From the IMG/VR virus record IMGVR_UViG_3300032038_000001, positions 128,001 through 192,000 of that record: a DNA stretch of 64,000 bases; one strand, given 5' to 3'. Position numbers and translations under genes: made by a program. The notes under the pieces were generated by a model, which saw nothing but the letters and a program-made list of their open reading frames with translations, ran no database searches and was not told the origin of the DNA. Source of the DNA: a virus (taxonomy: Duplodnaviria > Caudoviricetes). This document shows, piece by piece, positions 50,480-59,455 of the stretch (its first letter is position 1; each line of letters starts with the position of its first letter).

Positions 50480-51736
50480 TTATCCATCATAGTTTTCAGG
50501 CCATGCAATTAATAATCCCCGCTGTCTTTCGGGAATTCTAAATGCCATTGCATTAGCTCTAGACTGAAGTAGTTTCTTTTTAATCATTTCAAGTTGTTCA
50601 ATAGAATATGGTATGATATATTTCTTTGAAAGTTTTGGGTCATTAAGTATAGATATATAATATTCAACTATATCTAACTTACTATGAATATAACTTACTA
50701 TCATCATCTTATCAGACTCAGATTTAATTTCTTGAATCTTTATATCTATATAATCAAAAGTCGCAGGATCAATTTTTTCCAGTTTTCGCGTTAAAAGACT
50801 CTCTGTTGTATATATAAGATACTCAACTCTTTCATTCATGCAGCGAAGTTTCTTCTCACTACTCATTGAACTATCTTCATGCTCCTGAAAAAATGTATTA
50901 TAGAAATCAGTTATAACACTTTCAATATACGGACTAGCACATTCTTTCTTAAGTGATATAAGATTTCTTTTCATTAATTGATCTTGGCGTGTTCTGAGCT
51001 GATCAATAGTTTCCATAGAAAATTTTGTTACAGCTGCCATATCTTTATCAGGATTGCCTTTGGGATACATATTCGATTTGAGTAATTTGTTCAATACACT
51101 AAATAATTCTTTGCTATATCCCATTTTCTTAGCAAACTTATCAGCCTTTAATTCAAATTTAATTGAATCCTTTGATTTACCGTCAGCTACACAAGCATTA
51201 AGAATAGGAAGAGATAAAATTTTTCTAAAGAATTGATCTTTAAGTAGTATTTTATTTTCCATATGTGACTGAGCAATCTCATATTGAAGAATGGTCGTTA
51301 CTCTGTATGGTACAGAATTAGAGAATACTACATGACCAATCTCATGCATTAATAAAGCCGTTAGTTCTCTAGGAGTAAATTCTATCACAGTTTTATCAAA
51401 AATACGTTCATCAATTTCTATAACCCAGTTTGTATTCTTTTCCCATATCTTTCTTATAATATCATCCTTTTTATTACCATCTGATGATACTACATTTATT
51501 ATTTTACTAATAGTATCCATCTCAGGAAATACTGACATAATAAAAAATGGAGACATTTTACCATTAACAGGGCTAACTACATTGATAGTAAATTTTCCTT
51601 TAAAACATTCAGCAAGAGATTTCTCTATAATTTCAACGGCTGCTTTATTATGTGGGTCTTCTATTAGGACTGAAAAAGCTTGATCTATAGAGAGAAATTT
51701 ATCTTTATTTAAAGAGAAATTCATTATTATAAACAA
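50480..51736 (-). CDS. HExxH zinc-metallopeptidase-like protein
   Basis: ELTALLMHEIGH with downstream ELKADKFAKKMGY (M48-like third ligand). Confidence 0.7.
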   Translation of the reverse strand: MFIIMNFSLNKDKFLSIDQAFSVLIEDPHNKAAVEIIEKSLAECFKGKFTINVVSPVNGKMSPFFIMSVFPEMDTISKIINVVSSDGNKKDDIIRKIWEKNTNWVIEIDERIFDKTVIEFTPRELTALLMHEIGHVVFSNSVPYRVTTILQYEIAQSHMENKILLKDQFFRKILSLPILNACVADGKSKDSIKFELKADKFAKKMGYSKELFSVLNKLLKSNMYPKGNPDKDMAAVTKFSMETIDQLRTRQDQLMKRNLISLKKECASPYIESVITDFYNTFFQEHEDSSMSSEKKLRCMNERVEYLIYTTESLLTRKLEKIDPATFDYIDIKIQEIKSESDKMMIVSYIHSKLDIVEYYISILNDPKLSKKYIIPYSIEQLEMIKKKLLQSRANAMAFRIPERQRGLLIAWPENYDG

Positions 51737-51814
51737 CTCCTTTCATCATAGAAATCATTATAATAACGTTATCGTAAAAAAAGGTCATAATCTTATAGAT
51801 TATGACCTTTTGAT

Positions 51815-51906
51815 TTTACTTATAAATTATTTTTTTTTACAACTGCATTAATTCAGATTAATACAATTCTTCTGTATTAGTAAACATACGCTGAGCTGGA
51901 TACCCT
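51815..51906 (-). repeat. degenerate duplicate of the capsid gene 3' end and trailer (57465-57554)
   Basis: TTTTTTACAACTGCATTAAT-CAGATTAAT...CTGAG...TGGATACCCT shared by both sites, with indels in this copy. Confidence 0.85.
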
Positions 51907-51932
51907 ACCAAAAAAAAATTTCCAAAAACAAG

Positions 51933-53267
51933 CTAAGTTATCCCATATTTAGAACGCAAAAATTGCAAGTTTTGGGCTATTTGTTCATTAGTGTGTGCAG
52001 AATATGCCACTGCCGCAGCTAATAGTGTTGAATTAGGACCACTAATAGAATCGTCCATTCTAGTAGTCAGTAGGATCCGATAATATATTCCAGTTGACGG
52101 TAGGGTGACAGTAAACGTTCCAGCGACTGTTCCGTCATCTTTTATAGCCTCAACAAAATTGTTTTCTGGAGTAAATCTCATTACAAAGCATGCTTTACCT
52201 AGATCCTCTGGTGTTGCGGTAACATATTCAGGTCTTCCTTCTGAGCGAGCGTCAGGCTCAAAAAGTCCATTCACGAGGAAATTATTACCGTTTGAAAACA
52301 TCGCACCGTTTTCGTCGTTGAAATCAGTTCCATTTGTAGATGACATTATAGTTAGTAGTGCTGTCCATCCAGATGTCCTGTTAGGGGTGAAAGCTCCAAC
52401 GATGTATATTGTAAACCCAGTCGTAAGTATATTATTTGAAATGTCGATTGTGGAATCGGAATACACACCGCCATTGGAAACATATGACCATCTTCTTTGC
52501 GACGTTCCTTTTTCAAAACGTCTTCCGCTGATATTATCGTTCCACGACATGTCATAAGGATTATAATCTTCACTATAAAGAAGAATCGCCACGTCGTTCA
52601 TCACAGGCAGCGGGTCTGGATAAATCTCTGGAAGTTCGCTATAACCGAACAACACACTGCCATCGGAAATTATTCGGCATTTGTCGATACATATGTGATA
52701 ATCGTCTTCGGGTAGTAATCTCAATCTGTCTTGTCCGGCATTGCATCCAAAACAAAACCTATCAGAAGTCGCCGACAATGTAAAGCTCGATATATCAGTT
52801 GTGTCGATTACGGTCCACGTTTTTCCATCAGTGCTGTAACTAACTGTTATTGTATGGGTTTCTGAATTATGCGACAGCTTAATGTAATTGTACGAATTTT
52901 GTGTAAACGACACAGAAACGGTCTTACTGATTGCATCCCACGACCAGTTAGTGCTCGATACGCCATACCATATTCCTGTGCTCAAACGTATTTCTAGCGA
53001 CGGATACGCATAATAGTGACTATCCTCAAGCGTGCCAAAAGCGGCATGAGAATCTGATGTAGCAGTGTGACCTTCGCCCCACCAAAAGCAACATATTATG
53101 TCATATGATTTTGTAGGGTCAAAATTTCTGCCAGCTCTAGGCGCCGATATTCCATACGGATTTCCAATATACCCATTAAATTTTGGAATCTTTTCATGCA
53201 CAACATCATTAAGTAACGTATCACCAAGATAAAGTTTTGCTTTGGTGCTACCGATAAATTCTGGCAT
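51933..53267 (-). CDS. putative receptor/glycan-binding protein with two LamG/ConA-like domains
   Basis: 444 aa, beta-rich; N-terminal AKLYLGDTLL shared with 56591..57223; C-terminal AVAYSAHTNEQIAQNLQFLRSKYGI. Confidence 0.6.
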   Translation of the reverse strand: MPEFIGSTKAKLYLGDTLLNDVVHEKIPKFNGYIGNPYGISAPRAGRNFDPTKSYDIICCFWWGEGHTATSDSHAAFGTLEDSHYYAYPSLEIRLSTGIWYGVSSTNWSWDAISKTVSVSFTQNSYNYIKLSHNSETHTITVSYSTDGKTWTVIDTTDISSFTLSATSDRFCFGCNAGQDRLRLLPEDDYHICIDKCRIISDGSVLFGYSELPEIYPDPLPVMNDVAILLYSEDYNPYDMSWNDNISGRRFEKGTSQRRWSYVSNGGVYSDSTIDISNNILTTGFTIYIVGAFTPNRTSGWTALLTIMSSTNGTDFNDENGAMFSNGNNFLVNGLFEPDARSEGRPEYVTATPEDLGKACFVMRFTPENNFVEAIKDDGTVAGTFTVTLPSTGIYYRILLTTRMDDSISGPNSTLLAAAVAYSAHTNEQIAQNLQFLRSKYGIT

Positions 53268-53419
53268 TATTCAGTCGCCTCCTCATTTAGTATTATTATA
53301 TCGTGAGATATCATGGCGTTGTATTTGGTCTGTGTATATTTAACAAGACTGATGTCACCTATTCTATCCACTGCAGCGTCTATTTCAGCTCTGGTATGTG
53401 TGCTTATATAGTTTGTCAT
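53267..53419 (-). CDS. small cassette leader protein (50 aa), missing from ORF track
   Basis: GGGAGGT RBS; MTNYISTHTRAEIDAAVDRIGDISLVKYTQTKYNAMISHDIIILNEEATE; stop overlaps the next ATG. Confidence 0.65.
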   Translation of the reverse strand: MTNYISTHTRAEIDAAVDRIGDISLVKYTQTKYNAMISHDIIILNEEATE

Positions 53420-53714
53420 TATTTACCTCCCTTTGTATCTTATGTACATTTCATTTTTTTTAAATTAATGTTTTATATGATAAAAAATAGTTGGGGTTCT
53501 TATCCAGGATTAGATTTTGATATAACTTTAAAAAAAGTAAAGAGAAACCATAGGAAAGGTTTCTCTTTATATTAATTTCTACATCACTATATGTTGGTTT
53601 TATTACCTTAAAACCCCATGCTATTACTGCATTTTTTTAACCTTGATTACGGCAAACCCAGCCTTTTCATGAAAAAAGACAAATACCAAAATTGAGGGCT
53701 GTAAAACGCTGTAA

Positions 53715-54008
53715 TTACGTGGGATTTTGCTTTTGATTTTTCGAATAAAAGTTGGATTTTATTTGATTACGTTTTATTTTAGCACCTTTGAAATTTCTTT
53801 CTATTGTTTCAACAATTGCAAAGTTGACTATTTCAGGATGTGTTTGCCCTGTTGGTTCATACCAATCATCACCGAGAAAATAATTACACAACTCGTGCAA
53901 CGCTTCTTGAGCGGTCATAGATGGTAACGGCTTAGCATAATTATCATTTTCGACTGCGTAACCGCAAACATCGTTAATCAAGTGTTTATAGTCTAACTTC
54001 TTACGCAT
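53715..54008 (-). CDS. hypothetical protein
   Basis: 97 aa ORF in the accessory island. Confidence 0.55.
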   Translation of the reverse strand: MRKKLDYKHLINDVCGYAVENDNYAKPLPSMTAQEALHELCNYFLGDDWYEPTGQTHPEIVNFAIVETIERNFKGAKIKRNQIKSNFYSKNQKQNPT

Positions 54009-54088
54009 AACAGAATCGCCACTCTTTTACGAACTTTGATGTTTTTTTACCTTGCTCATGATATTATCTCTCTTTCAAAAATTTGTTT

Positions 54089-54157
54089 TCACCCGTCCCA
54101 AACGACGGTAGCGTTTGTTGAGCCCCACGGCACGTCGCTTATGTTGCCATATGTAAA
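54089..54157 (-). pseudogene. orphan C-terminus of a displaced LRR-protein allele
   Basis: Reads FTYGNISDVPWGSTNATVVWDG*; PWG-x-TNAT is a cap motif I recall from phage BspA-type proteins; no start codon. Confidence 0.55.
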
Positions 54158-54163
54158 AGTGAA

Positions 54164-55900
54164 TTAAGAGACTGCTACTGAACGACAATAAATCTCATTT
54201 CCGTTGCCAACTGATATCGGATTTGTCCGAGCCAGCCAATCTTCGATTGTCGCATACCACGTATATGTACGCGTCTCGTCCTGTGATGTTGTGGGGAGAG
54301 TTGCGCCACTGTTGTAGGTTGTATATTCGACATAATCAACAATTGGTGAAACGGGATAATTGCTCGCGGTTGTATAATCGTCATATGTACCAAGTGGAAT
54401 ATAAATAATTGATATGTTGGTATTAAAAGTATTATTGGTTATAGTTGGTGGTTGAAGAGTCATAAATTTTACGGAAGTCAGTGCATTGCAGTACTTAAAT
54501 GTATCATTACCCATGCTTGTAACACTGTTCGGTATGGTTACAGAAGCCAGTGCTGAGCACCCGCTAAATACTTTGGCACCTATGTTTACAACACTGTTCG
54601 GTATGGTTACAGAAGCCAGTGCTGAGCAATTGATAAATGCACTCTCACCTATGCTTGTGACATTGTCCGGTATGGTTATAGAAGTCAGTCCATAACAGTT
54701 CTTAAATGTACCGTAACTCATGCTTGAAACACTGTTCGGTATGGTTACAGAAGTCAGTGCATAGCAAACGGTAAATGCATTGTCACCTATGCTTGTAACA
54801 CTGTCTGGCATGGTTACGGAAGCCAGTGCTGTGCATCCGGAAAATGCACTCGCACCTATGCTTATAACACTGTCTGGTATGGTTACAGAAGCCAGTGCTG
54901 TGCATCCGGAAAATGCACTCTCACCTATGCTTGTAACATTGTTCGGTATGGTTACAGAAGTCAGTGTACGGCAACTGCCAAATACACTGTTACCCATGCT
55001 TGTAACACTGTACGGTATGGTTACGGAAGTCAGTGCTGAGCACCCTCTAAATGCATTCTCACCTATGCTTGTAACACTGTCCGGTATGGTTACGGAAGTC
55101 AGTGCATCGCACCCGTTAAATGTATTATTACCAATGCTTGAAACACTGTTCGGTATGGTTACAGAAGTCAGTGCTGAGCACATGCTAAATGCAAACTTGC
55201 CTATGCTTGTAACACTGTTCGGTATGGTTACAGAAGTCAGTGTATCGCACCCGCTAAATGCGTCTTCTATGGATGTAATTCCATCTCCAATTCTTACATA
55301 TGTTACTCTGCTATCAGGTGTGTTAGACAGCATCATAGTAGTATCGTCCTCAATAGGTGTTACAGTTATATCATATTTACCACCATTTGAATAGGTATGC
55401 TCTGGCTGAGAGTCCACAGTTTCAGCACTGCTACCATCGCCCCAATCAATAGATGCTTCACCCATTATTTCTAATGGCAGAGTAACTAGCACTGAGTCGT
55501 TTTTCAATGCTACTCCGAATCTAGTCTTACCATCAGAGGTATTATACATCTGCCCGATATTAAGTTTGCCAAAAGCAGCAACATAAGTCTTAGCATCAGC
55601 TAAAGTCCAGTTCCAGCCTTGGGCGGTAAGACCCGTATGTGTGGGATTACTTGGCATTGCGGAAAGATTTGCAAAATCGGAAGCAGAATAGCTATGAAGT
55701 ATCGTACCGTCATAATCGTAGAAGATGACGTCATTTGAAGCTCCCGTGCTACCTGTCTGAATAGTAGCTATGTCGCTGGCAAACTCTTCTAAACCGTCAT
55801 TAGCACCAACAGTGCCGCCTTTAGCTGTTATTGCATTACCTATTGCAGTCTTAGCATTTACAAGTCTTGCAAGATTTTCAGCTATTGTGTATTCAGGCAT
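54164..55900 (-). CDS. BspA-type LRR surface/tail protein
   Basis: About 12 tandem 23-aa repeats (69 bp) LTSVTIPNSVTSIGxxAFxxCxA; IDWGDGS PKD-like segment. Confidence 0.9.
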   Translation of the reverse strand: MPEYTIAENLARLVNAKTAIGNAITAKGGTVGANDGLEEFASDIATIQTGSTGASNDVIFYDYDGTILHSYSASDFANLSAMPSNPTHTGLTAQGWNWTLADAKTYVAAFGKLNIGQMYNTSDGKTRFGVALKNDSVLVTLPLEIMGEASIDWGDGSSAETVDSQPEHTYSNGGKYDITVTPIEDDTTMMLSNTPDSRVTYVRIGDGITSIEDAFSGCDTLTSVTIPNSVTSIGKFAFSMCSALTSVTIPNSVSSIGNNTFNGCDALTSVTIPDSVTSIGENAFRGCSALTSVTIPYSVTSMGNSVFGSCRTLTSVTIPNNVTSIGESAFSGCTALASVTIPDSVISIGASAFSGCTALASVTMPDSVTSIGDNAFTVCYALTSVTIPNSVSSMSYGTFKNCYGLTSITIPDNVTSIGESAFINCSALASVTIPNSVVNIGAKVFSGCSALASVTIPNSVTSMGNDTFKYCNALTSVKFMTLQPPTITNNTFNTNISIIYIPLGTYDDYTTASNYPVSPIVDYVEYTTYNSGATLPTTSQDETRTYTWYATIEDWLARTNPISVGNGNEIYCRSVAVS

Positions 55901-55901
55901 A

Positions 55902-56504
55902 TTACAGCACCCCCTCTAAAACCGTATTAATGTTGCCGATTGTCTGTTGAATCGAAGCGATGTCTGTTTTGTTTGTAGTTATCTGCGCAAGCTGAGCTGC
56001 CGTTGCAAACTTGTTGGTAGAATTTGCATCGTCTACAAGGTCTGCGGACAGTTTGTTTTGAGCTGTAATCTCAGCCTGTAACCCGTTGATAATATCCTCA
56101 AGAGGTATTGTGATTGTTTGCCCTGACACCAGCGTCAGTATAAGCGACTTGCTTTGTGAATTGTACGAGCCGTTTACCACTGTGCTTTCTAAAGGCAAGT
56201 CAATGCTTTGCGCTTCGCCGAGAGGATCGCTGTTCTTATCCAGCAGCTGGACAGTCATAACGTATGTAGTCGTGTTTATTGAGATTGATATTCCAGTTGC
56301 ATAATCTTCACCGCCACTAGAATCACTTTGAACTTCGTTCCAATGACCATTAAACTTAGTATACTCAGATAAAACTTTTTTAGTAAGTTCGTCTATTACA
56401 TATGCGACATCTCCATTGTATCCATACGTATCAGTAAGACGTGATGCATCCGATACATATGTGGTACTACCAATATATTTTTTATTTACCATAATAAAAA
56501 TCAA
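55902..56504 (-). CDS. putative tail-fibre-associated protein
   Basis: ~196-200 aa; SIDLPLESTVVNGSY, LSADLVDD; C-terminal coiled coil; coupled to the LRR gene. Confidence 0.6.
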   Translation of the reverse strand: MIFIMVNKKYIGSTTYVSDASRLTDTYGYNGDVAYVIDELTKKVLSEYTKFNGHWNEVQSDSSGGEDYATGISISINTTTYVMTVQLLDKNSDPLGEAQSIDLPLESTVVNGSYNSQSKSLILTLVSGQTITIPLEDIINGLQAEITAQNKLSADLVDDANSTNKFATAAQLAQITTNKTDIASIQQTIGNINTVLEGVL

Positions 56505-56590
56505 CTCCTTTTATTTTTTTTTTAAATTATTGTCTTATATAATAATAGTTGAGGTTCTTATCCAAGATTGATTTTTGATAAAAATTTTGA

Positions 56591-57223
56591 TTATTCGCCT
56601 ACAAACAACATTTGATCAGTTTCACGATTAGTGGCCATCTCAGATGATGTGAGTATACGATTATAGAATCGTCCACTGTATACGCTACCTGGTAATATTC
56701 TATCACTGATTGTGCCGCACCCTACATACAGTTGCCCGCCTCTGCTAGTCATACCGCTAGTATTTGTATTTATGTTAGTAAATGTGTCAACAACTTCACC
56801 ATCGACATACAGGTACGCTATTGCATTAGGTATATCGACTACAATTGACGCAGTGAATAGTTCATTTACAGGCCATTCATAATCATTGTTATGATGAAAC
56901 CAGTCACCGTTAATAGCTATGTCATGCACACCATAGTTCATTGACGCTATAACCGTTGCCGAATCTATACTACTGCCATATGGCGCAAACTCAAGTAAAC
57001 GAAAATATTGCTGGTCTACAGAAGTTATCTTTGTACATGCCTCGAAAGTATACCCGTTAGAAAAGTCGAGCCCTGCACCGATTCTTACCTGGGTGCCAGC
57101 AGGTCCTATATCACGGTTTGTGTACCAAAACAAGTCGGAAGATACGTATTTTGGGTCGTCTCTACTGAGAAGGGTATCGCCTAAATAAAGTTTAGCGTTC
57201 ACGTCACCAATCATTATGCTCAT
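56591..57223 (-). CDS. LamG/concanavalin-A-like domain protein
   Basis: YTFEAC, LYVDGE, LYVG, GSVYSGRFYNRILTSSEM. Confidence 0.75.
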   Translation of the reverse strand: MSIMIGDVNAKLYLGDTLLSRDDPKYVSSDLFWYTNRDIGPAGTQVRIGAGLDFSNGYTFEACTKITSVDQQYFRLLEFAPYGSSIDSATVIASMNYGVHDIAINGDWFHHNNDYEWPVNELFTASIVVDIPNAIAYLYVDGEVVDTFTNINTNTSGMTSRGGQLYVGCGTISDRILPGSVYSGRFYNRILTSSEMATNRETDQMLFVGE

Positions 57224-57330
57224 TCACCCACCTCCAAATCTGGGATTACTATGTACGGTGTATCAGAATCGTGAGATATCATGGCGTCTATTACATATGT
57301 GGTACTACCAATATATTTTTTATTTACCAT
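57220..57330 (-). CDS. chimeric 36-aa cassette leader ORF
   Basis: MVNKKYIGSTTYV (as in 55902..56504) fused to AMISHD (as in 53267..53419). Confidence 0.6.
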   Translation of the reverse strand: MVNKKYIGSTTYVIDAMISHDSDTPYIVIPDLEVGE

Positions 57331-57433
57331 ATATGAAAATCAACTCCTTTTATTTTTTTTTTAAATTATTGTCTTATATGATAATAGTTGAGGTTCTTAT
57401 CCAAGATTGAATTTTGACAGAAATTTAATAAAA

Positions 57434-57468
57434 AAAATGGAGAGTACAGAAACTGTACTCTCCATTTT
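57434..57468 (-). terminator. intrinsic terminator of the capsid gene
   Basis: 16-bp perfect stem followed by a U-run on the minus strand. Confidence 0.8.
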
Positions 57469-57495
57469 ACTCATAAATCATTTTTTACAACTGCA

Positions 57496-59307
57496 TTAAT
57501 CCAGATTAATATAATCTTCTGCATTAGCAAACTTAAGCTGAGCCTGGATACCCTGAATAGATGCATTAGTATATCTAGATACACCCATCAGGTTAGTCAT
57601 AGATCCACCAGGGAGATCAGGTGCCCGATAAGCAGAGTTCTGAGCGGTCAGAATATGAGTTGTGTACTTATAGTGCTTGAATGTAAACTGTTCGTTAGAA
57701 AGCGGGAAAGGAATAATACGAATACCGCTAAATTCCTTCTTCTCTTCATCATACGAAGCATTAACCTTCTTAGTAGAAACTACCTGAACCTTAACATCAC
57801 CAGATGTCATGATACCATAGCTATAGTCAAGCTTTACGCCGTTAGCAGTGGAACCAGGTCTTGTAATCCAGTTTACTACAGGATTCAGCAGAGAAATAAA
57901 TCTGGGGTTACCGTAGATAACGAAGGTCATATCCTCAAGCTTAGCTTTATCACAGATATCAATGATAAGTCTGTCAATCTTAAACTTGAGCATCTTCTCA
58001 ATGTACTCATTAGGCAGAGCAGTTGTCAGTGAAGTAGAATCACAGTCGAATACTCTCTTGGTGATAAATGAACCCCAACCAAGGATATCATCCTGAGAAA
58101 TCTCAACACCATCATACAGATTAAACTGCTCATCCAGCCATGAAAGAATAGTTGAATCTTCCATCTGAGTCATATAGTCTGCGAGGTTATTATATGTCTT
58201 CTTATAGAGGTCAATATCCATCAGTGCCTTAGCGTCCTCAAGCTCCTCAAGAGAATAAGGAACGTTTACTCTGGTACCGTCTTCAATCTTCCACTCAATC
58301 TCTTCACGAGCGTAATCAAATGTTACGTGTCTCTCGTTCTTTTCATTTGACAGGTAACCGTCAAATACAACACCCTTAACAACACCCTTCAGGCTGTTTA
58401 CAGATGTTCTCTTAGTAACAAAGTCAACAACACCGGTAACGATATCATCAACGTGCAGTTCAGTACCTTCAGAACCAGTAACAGTAGTATCAATCTTACC
58501 ACCGAGCCACATATTATCTGAGAGGTTAATTCTCATAGGTCTGTTCAGAGGTACTTCAATAGTCTTAGTATCATCATCAGGATCTGCTACAACAAACTTG
58601 ATGATCTTCAGGTCCATAGTAAACTCTTCTCTTGCAGCGTTTGTCTTTGAACCCTCAGCATTAGCATCAGTCAGATTAGCAACTACATCATAGTCAACAG
58701 CAGGAAGATTAACAACGGTATTCTTGATAGGAAGACCCTTACCTGCTGCATATACTTCCTTGAATTCATCAGTGAAGAAGCACTGAGGATACTTCCATCT
58801 CTTAGTCTTATCATTGTTATCAACAATATAAGTCTGCTCGATATGCTTCTTGATTATAGGGCTCTTTGTAACCTCAGTCTGAATAATATCCTTAGTAGCA
58901 AGCTTCAGCTGCTGCTTAATCAGAATAGGGAAATCAATAGCCTTGATAGGCAGAAGCTGAGGAACTCTGGTAGACTCCTTAACGAAGTCCTCACAGCAGT
59001 TATCAAACATCTGCGAAACCTGCTCATACAGATGAGCGTGTGTACCATAGCTGCCATCAGGATCATCCATATTAGCGCACTCAGTCTTAAGTTCGCCCAG
59101 AAGAGCCTCCTTAACAGCGTTCAGCTTAGCCTTATTCTTAATAATGGGATTGATATCAATCATCATATCGACACCGTTATTAAGCATAGAGTTATAAGCC
59201 TCAGTAAAAATGTCATCAAATGTGTTCTTTACACCAGCGCCGAAACCACCAACGGTTGCGGTCTCCTGGAAATCCTTAGCGGATTCAGAAATGAATGTTA
59301 ATGCCAT
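57496..59307 (-). CDS. probable major capsid protein
   Basis: 603 aa, very strong codon bias, late promoter 59428-59439, strong RBS and terminator; YSLEELEDAKALMDIDL backbone-helix-like segment; head-module context. Confidence 0.65.
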   Translation of the reverse strand: MALTFISESAKDFQETATVGGFGAGVKNTFDDIFTEAYNSMLNNGVDMMIDINPIIKNKAKLNAVKEALLGELKTECANMDDPDGSYGTHAHLYEQVSQMFDNCCEDFVKESTRVPQLLPIKAIDFPILIKQQLKLATKDIIQTEVTKSPIIKKHIEQTYIVDNNDKTKRWKYPQCFFTDEFKEVYAAGKGLPIKNTVVNLPAVDYDVVANLTDANAEGSKTNAAREEFTMDLKIIKFVVADPDDDTKTIEVPLNRPMRINLSDNMWLGGKIDTTVTGSEGTELHVDDIVTGVVDFVTKRTSVNSLKGVVKGVVFDGYLSNEKNERHVTFDYAREEIEWKIEDGTRVNVPYSLEELEDAKALMDIDLYKKTYNNLADYMTQMEDSTILSWLDEQFNLYDGVEISQDDILGWGSFITKRVFDCDSTSLTTALPNEYIEKMLKFKIDRLIIDICDKAKLEDMTFVIYGNPRFISLLNPVVNWITRPGSTANGVKLDYSYGIMTSGDVKVQVVSTKKVNASYDEEKKEFSGIRIIPFPLSNEQFTFKHYKYTTHILTAQNSAYRAPDLPGGSMTNLMGVSRYTNASIQGIQAQLKFANAEDYINLD

Positions 59308-59455
59308 TTAAAATTTCAACTCCTTTTCTAAATTTAATGGATTAAACTTTTTTGTAATTATTACCTGTTAATAAGAATAAGTAATTCAAGTATTAACAGA
59401 AATTAATCCATTCGGATTAACTATAATTATTTATATGTTTAAATAATGAATATCA

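Noticed and set aside
54486-55394. Repetitive plus-strand ORFs (MVTEVSA...)
   Set aside because: Antisense of the LRR repeats
51933-57223. Diversity-generating retroelement
   Set aside because: No reverse transcriptase and no TR/VR pair with adenine-specific mismatches seen in the window
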